From the NCBI GenBank assembly GCA_964652335.1, contig CAZZDL010000013.1, positions 3,865-22,149 of the forward strand: 18,285 bases of DNA. The letters run 5' to 3'. How positions within the stretch are numbered: position 1 is the stretch's first letter; each line of letters starts with the position of its first letter. The DNA comes from Candidatus Micrarchaeota archaeon (lineage in GTDB: Archaea; B1Sed10-29; WALL01; WAMD01). Shown in pieces: positions 13,923-18,285 of the stretch. Position numbers and translations under genes: made by a program. The notes below the pieces were generated by a model. The model was not told the DNA's origin. It saw nothing but the letters and a program-made list of their open reading frames with translations, and did not search any database.

Positions 13923-16004
13923 ATGGAGGACATAGCATACGTTCAGGAGCTAGAGAATTTCTTCAATGACAAATACAGGAAGAAATTGGAAGACCTTGCA
14001 GAGTTCTATCCAGATTCAAGAAGCATAGAGGTCAGCTACACAGATCTTGAGAGGTATAATCCGGAACTGGCCGACGAGCTCTTGGATAATCCTGATCTTG
14101 TTTTAAAAGCTGGAAAGGAAGCAATAGCGAATCTGGGAATAAAAAACGCTAGTGGCGACAAGGTCATACCAAACATTAGGGTTATAGATCTTCCAGAGGA
14201 AAGGAGGAAATTAATAAGGGATCTAACTAGCATTTACTTGAATAAACTAGTCGCCGTGGAAGGAGTAATAACAAAGATAACAGACGTGAGACCAAAGCTG
14301 CATCTAGCGCAATTTGAATGTAAGCATTGCCACAGGATATATACAATACCTCAGAACCAAGAGCTGTATGGAAAGCTACAAGAACCAGGCGTCTGTTCTT
14401 GTGGCAGAAAGGACTTCAAACTCAACCTTGAGAATTCTATCTTCATAGACATGCAAAAAATGCAGATCCAGGAGCCATTGGAGGCTTTGGTTAGAGGGGA
14501 GCAGGCAAAGACGATAGATGTCTGGGTTGAGGATGATCTAACTGGGAGGTTATTCCCAGGAGACAAGATAGAGATAGTCGGAACACTGAGGCTAATCCCT
14601 CCAAAGCAAAAGAACGTTGTTTACGGCGTTTATTTGCAGGCCAATTCTATACAGAAAAAGGAGAAGGAGTTTGAAGAGCTAGAGATAACAGAAGAGGAAG
14701 AACAGATGATAAAAGAGCTGGCCAGGGATCCAGCCATATACGAAAAGCTGGTCAGAAGCATAGCCCCCAGCATTTATGGTCATGACATGGTTAAGGAGGC
14801 CATTGCCCTTCAGCTATTTGGTGGGACAAAGAACAAGATATTCCCTGATGGCACTAGGGTTAGGCCAGATATACACATTCTCTTGATAGGAGATCCAGGA
14901 ACTGCTAAATCTCAATTGCTCTACTATGTGTACAAACTAGCTCCAAAGGCAGTATTCGTTGGAGGTAAGGGATCTACAGGGGCAGGACTAACAGCCACCG
15001 CAGAAAAGGATGAATTTGGAGAGGGTGGATGGACACTAAAGGCAGGAGCATTGGTTCTAGCCTCTGGCGGAATAGCAATGATAGACGAATTTGACAAGAT
15101 GAGCCCAGAGGATAGATCAAATATTCACGAAGCAATGGAACAGCAAAGGATAAGCATAGCAAAGGCAGGGATAGTAACTCAGTTCAAGAGTGAAACAGCA
15201 ATCCTAGCAGCGGCAAATCCAAAGTATGGAAGGTTTGATGAGTATTCCACTCTGGTTGAGCAGTTCAATATTCCTCCAACTATACTCTCCAGATTTGACC
15301 TCATATTTCCAATAAAGGATATACTTGATACTGAAAGAGACAAAAAGATGGCAGAGCATATCCTGTCTGCCCATCAGGTTGCATCCATCTTGTCAACGAA
15401 GAGAAAGGGTGTTCTGGAGACAGAGGAATTGGAGGAAAAGATAGAACAAATAACCCCAGCAATAGAGCCTGAGCTGTTGAGAAAATACATAGCATATGCG
15501 AGAAAATACATTAGCCCTGTTCTTACTGAGGAGGCAATGGACAAGATAAAGAGATATTACGCAGACCTAAGGGCCATGGGTAAAAAGCTAGGAACCGTTC
15601 CAGTGACTCCTAGGCAGTTAGAAGCATTGGTTAGACTAGCAGAGGCATCTGCAAAGGTCAGGCTCAGCGATAAGGTGCTTGTGGAAGATGCAGAGAGAGC
15701 AATAGCTTTGCATGACCTAGTTATGAGGGAAGTGGCCACAGATAGAAGGACAGGAAAGGTTGATTGGGACATAATATCTGTTGGGCAACCTAGATCCAGA
15801 ATGGACAAGATAAAGACAATGATAAACGTGATGAAGGATCTGCAGGATAGGTATGACGGTATGACAAAGCAGCAAATAATTGACGCTGCAGTTGAGGCTG
15901 GTATAGACAAGGACGAAGCAGAGAGCTTGTTAGAATATCTAGTCAAGAATGGAGACGTCTATAAGCCTAGGACCGGCTTGTACAGACTTTCGGGGGAAGA
16001 CTAA
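13923..16004 (+). CDS. mcm: MCM replicative DNA helicase (no intein)
   Basis: Zn finger CKHC...CSCG, Walker A GDPGTAKSQ, IDEFDKM, AAANP, SRFD, TPRQLE, and C-terminal wHTH. Confidence 0.98.
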   Translation: MEDIAYVQELENFFNDKYRKKLEDLAEFYPDSRSIEVSYTDLERYNPELADELLDNPDLVLKAGKEAIANLGIKNASGDKVIPNIRVIDLPEERRKLIRDLTSIYLNKLVAVEGVITKITDVRPKLHLAQFECKHCHRIYTIPQNQELYGKLQEPGVCSCGRKDFKLNLENSIFIDMQKMQIQEPLEALVRGEQAKTIDVWVEDDLTGRLFPGDKIEIVGTLRLIPPKQKNVVYGVYLQANSIQKKEKEFEELEITEEEEQMIKELARDPAIYEKLVRSIAPSIYGHDMVKEAIALQLFGGTKNKIFPDGTRVRPDIHILLIGDPGTAKSQLLYYVYKLAPKAVFVGGKGSTGAGLTATAEKDEFGEGGWTLKAGALVLASGGIAMIDEFDKMSPEDRSNIHEAMEQQRISIAKAGIVTQFKSETAILAAANPKYGRFDEYSTLVEQFNIPPTILSRFDLIFPIKDILDTERDKKMAEHILSAHQVASILSTKRKGVLETEELEEKIEQITPAIEPELLRKYIAYARKYISPVLTEEAMDKIKRYYADLRAMGKKLGTVPVTPRQLEALVRLAEASAKVRLSDKVLVEDAERAIALHDLVMREVATDRRTGKVDWDIISVGQPRSRMDKIKTMINVMKDLQDRYDGMTKQQIIDAAVEAGIDKDEAESLLEYLVKNGDVYKPRTGLYRLSGED

Positions 16005-16766
16005 ATGCTTAAGACCCTAGCCATATTCTTACCTATAGAATTATTTGGGTTATGGCTAGGTATGAGACTTACCTCTCTAATTGCACCTACTTCTGAAGGG
16101 GTTAGCTCTGGTGTTGGATTGTTCGTCTATATCTTAATTGCCACGGCATTTATCCTGCTTCTGATAAAATTCTTCCGCAAATTCCTAAAGGTTCTTGAAA
16201 TATTTTCTATCTTCTTTGCCACAGAAATATTCTTTGAGATATTGTTTATAGACATACCCAACCCCGGCTTGTTAGCTTTGCCATTAGCTTTGTTGGTTGT
16301 TGCTCTGAGACTGATATACCCAGACAATTGGATATCAAAGGACATAGCAGTGGTGTTCTCTATTCTAGGAATTGGGGCCTTTTTAGGAGCATCTTTGGGC
16401 ATTATTGCAGCATTTGCACTTCTAATATTACTAACCATCTACGATTTTATAGCAGTGTTTAAGACAAAACATATGATAACGATGGCAAAGTCAATAATCA
16501 AAGAGAACCTAGCCTTTGCCATGGCGATACCAGAAAGAAAAAGAGAGATACACATTGGAGGCGGGGATTTAGTAATGCCCATTATAGTATCCACTGCCAT
16601 ATACAGGGAGTACGGCACTCTAGCGGCGTTGTCTAGCCTGTTGATTGGTTTGTTGATTTTGGCAGTGGTTATTGCAGTGTTTGTTGAGAAGAAGGGGAAG
16701 GCTATCCCAGCTCTTCCACCGATTGCATTTGGAATGATTTTGGGGTTGATACCATGGCTTATGTAA
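16005..16766 (+). CDS. Presenilin/SPP-type GxGD intramembrane aspartyl protease
   Basis: Multi-TM protein with YDFIAVFKTKHM, GGGDL and PALP motifs. Confidence 0.92.
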   Translation: MLKTLAIFLPIELFGLWLGMRLTSLIAPTSEGVSSGVGLFVYILIATAFILLLIKFFRKFLKVLEIFSIFFATEIFFEILFIDIPNPGLLALPLALLVVALRLIYPDNWISKDIAVVFSILGIGAFLGASLGIIAAFALLILLTIYDFIAVFKTKHMITMAKSIIKENLAFAMAIPERKREIHIGGGDLVMPIIVSTAIYREYGTLAALSSLLIGLLILAVVIAVFVEKKGKAIPALPPIAFGMILGLIPWLM

Positions 16767-17218
16767 GGAGCATAGCCAAAAAGGTTCCGATAGATACTTT
16801 GCTTAGAGGAGAATTTGTTAGGTCCCAGGAGAGATATGAGCCTAGCTATGTCAGCTTTAACGGCATGAGAATATCGCGAGTGCATGTGGTTGCAAAGGTA
16901 ACCGACAAGTATGTTAATGAAGAATCAGACTTTATTGCTTTGACAATTGATGATGGAACAGGAAGAATAAGGGTGAAGCTGTTTGGAGAGGATACTAGAT
17001 TTGCCAAGGATGTGGATGTTGGTGATTTGGTTAGAGTCATAGGAATGGTTAGGGATGATGGAGAAAGGTTCATAAATGGAGAAATAGTTAAAAAGCTGGA
17101 AGACGAAAACTGGAAAAGGTTATGGGAAGCAGATGTAAAAAGGCTAGCAAAGGTTTATATGCAGGAAACTGAAGAAGAAAAAGAGAGCGAGCCACAACCA
17201 GAAGAGATAGAGGTGTGA
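16754..17218 (+). CDS. OB-fold protein, RPA2/RPA32-like
   Basis: ISRVHVVAKV, LTIDDGTG.IRV and GDLVRVIG motifs, with an acidic C-terminal tail. Confidence 0.8.
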   Translation: MAYVRSIAKKVPIDTLLRGEFVRSQERYEPSYVSFNGMRISRVHVVAKVTDKYVNEESDFIALTIDDGTGRIRVKLFGEDTRFAKDVDVGDLVRVIGMVRDDGERFINGEIVKKLEDENWKRLWEADVKRLAKVYMQETEEEKESEPQPEEIEV

Positions 17219-17220
17219 TA

Positions 17221-17631
17221 ATGGAGGATTATGAAAAATTGCTTGATGAGGCATATGCAAATCTGCCAGAGAAGGTTAAGGAAAAACCTAGGTTTGAACT
17301 TCCTAGTTTTGAGATTCTCCCTCAAGGAAATCAGACAATAATAACAAATTTTATGGAAGTCGTCAAAAAGCTTAGAAGGGATCCAAAGACATTGTTGAAA
17401 TATCTTACAAAGGAGCTTGGTGCTCCTGCCAATGTCGTTGGTGATAGGTTGATAATAAAGGGGAAGGTTAGATACGACAAGATAAATAAGAAGTTAAAAG
17501 ATTTCATTGACACTTATGTTTTATGCAGAGAGTGTGGAAAGCCAGATACTGATTTGATTACTATAGAGGGCATATTGTATATTAGATGTTCGGCCTGTGG
17601 AGCTAGATATCCTGTCCCACCAATTGGCTAG
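17221..17631 (+). CDS. eif2b: Translation initiation factor aIF2 beta subunit
   Basis: YEKLLDEAY..LP, RFE.P, TIITNF, KELG, YVLCRECGKPDT and CSACGA motifs. Start is the ATG at 17221 (alternative GTG at 17215). Confidence 0.96.
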   Translation: MEDYEKLLDEAYANLPEKVKEKPRFELPSFEILPQGNQTIITNFMEVVKKLRRDPKTLLKYLTKELGAPANVVGDRLIIKGKVRYDKINKKLKDFIDTYVLCRECGKPDTDLITIEGILYIRCSACGARYPVPPIG

Positions 17632-17639
17632 GTGAATAA

Positions 17640-17936
17640 ATGATAGTTGGAAAGATGCATGAGTTAATGGGCGAGAAGGTGTTAGCAGCCTGTGACAAGG
17701 ATTTGTTGGAGAAGGAGTTTTCCCAGGGTGATCTGTCAGTTAAGTTAGGGAAAAACTTTTATGGAGAGGATGTTATTTCAAAGGAAGAGCTCATTGCGTT
17801 GTTGAAGGAATGTACCACTGCAAACCTCTTTGGTGAGGAAACCATTGCAGTGGCAAGGGAATTGTATGAGATAACTAATGTGATTACCATAGCAGGAATC
17901 CCTCATGCTCAGATATTCAAGATCAAGGATGTTTAG
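17640..17936 (+). CDS. DUF424 family protein
   Basis: VLAACD.DLL, FYG, ANLFG and IPHAQ motifs. GGTGA RBS upstream. Confidence 0.9.
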   Translation: MIVGKMHELMGEKVLAACDKDLLEKEFSQGDLSVKLGKNFYGEDVISKEELIALLKECTTANLFGEETIAVARELYEITNVITIAGIPHAQIFKIKDV

Positions 17937-17948
17937 GAGAGTGTTTAG

Positions 17949-18275
17949 ATGGCAAAGAAGGAAAAAACCCGTGAAGAAATGATACAAGAAGAGATAGCTA
18001 GAACTAGGATTCCCAGAGGGAAGGAATGCATTGGATATGTGGATCAGCTAGTGGGCGGAAAGAGAATGTATGTTGATTGCACTGACGGGAAAAGAAGGCT
18101 GTGCAGAGTCCCTGGCAGGCTCAAGAGGAAGCTTTGGATAAGAGAAGGAGATTACGTTATTGTTGAGCCATGGGATGTTCAAGGAGATGAGAGAGGAGAT
18201 ATAATCTGGAAGTATAAACCTCACCAGGTTGAGTATTTGAGAAGTAAAGGTTACCTGAAGGGTATTGAGGGATGA
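17949..18275 (+). CDS. eif1a: Translation initiation factor aIF1A
   Basis: C.DGK.RLCRVPGRLKRKLWIREGD.VIV.PW..Q...GDIIWKY. Confidence 0.96.
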   Translation: MAKKEKTREEMIQEEIARTRIPRGKECIGYVDQLVGGKRMYVDCTDGKRRLCRVPGRLKRKLWIREGDYVIVEPWDVQGDERGDIIWKYKPHQVEYLRSKGYLKGIEG

Positions 18276-18285
18276 TTTTATTCTT

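Noticed and set aside
13923..16004. Intein in MCM
   Set aside because: The 693-aa length is normal and the Walker motifs are uninterrupted.
1603..17987. Antisense and alternative-frame ORFs in the track (e.g. 1854-2405, 7348-7869, 8542-8985, 11445-11807, 15557-15946, 16439-16885)
   Set aside because: They shadow well-supported genes and have the Ser/Phe/Leu-rich composition typical of non-coding frames.
18272..18285. Possible next gene starting at an ATGA overlap after aIF1A
   Set aside because: Only four codons are visible, so it cannot be supported.

Overview
Gene-dense archaeal chromosomal segment (aIF5A, aIF2-beta, aIF1A, MCM, Sm, TATA-like boxes; lineage not determinable from this window). 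Left: a solo Cas4-like nuclease and a tightly coupled minus-strand run (TatD, NYN, DUF2226-like, roadblock-like, MinD, Sm, lipoprotein, ACT). Next come a UPF0104 membrane protein, aIF5A, agmatinase and MetRS. A ~4.5 kb accessory-looking block (orphan, COG1373 AAA+ ATPase, GNAT, serpin, Cys-rich exported protein) precedes an mcm/presenilin/OB-fold/aIF2b/DUF424/aIF1A run. The most striking feature is that the AAA+ ATPase gene is bracketed by two identical 33-bp palindromic sites (12-9-12) in direct orientation. The upstream spacer is at the TATA-box position and the downstream spacer supplies the stop codon, which suggests a self-contained 1,253-bp excisable single-gene cassette. All family assignments are from motif recognition, not database searches.
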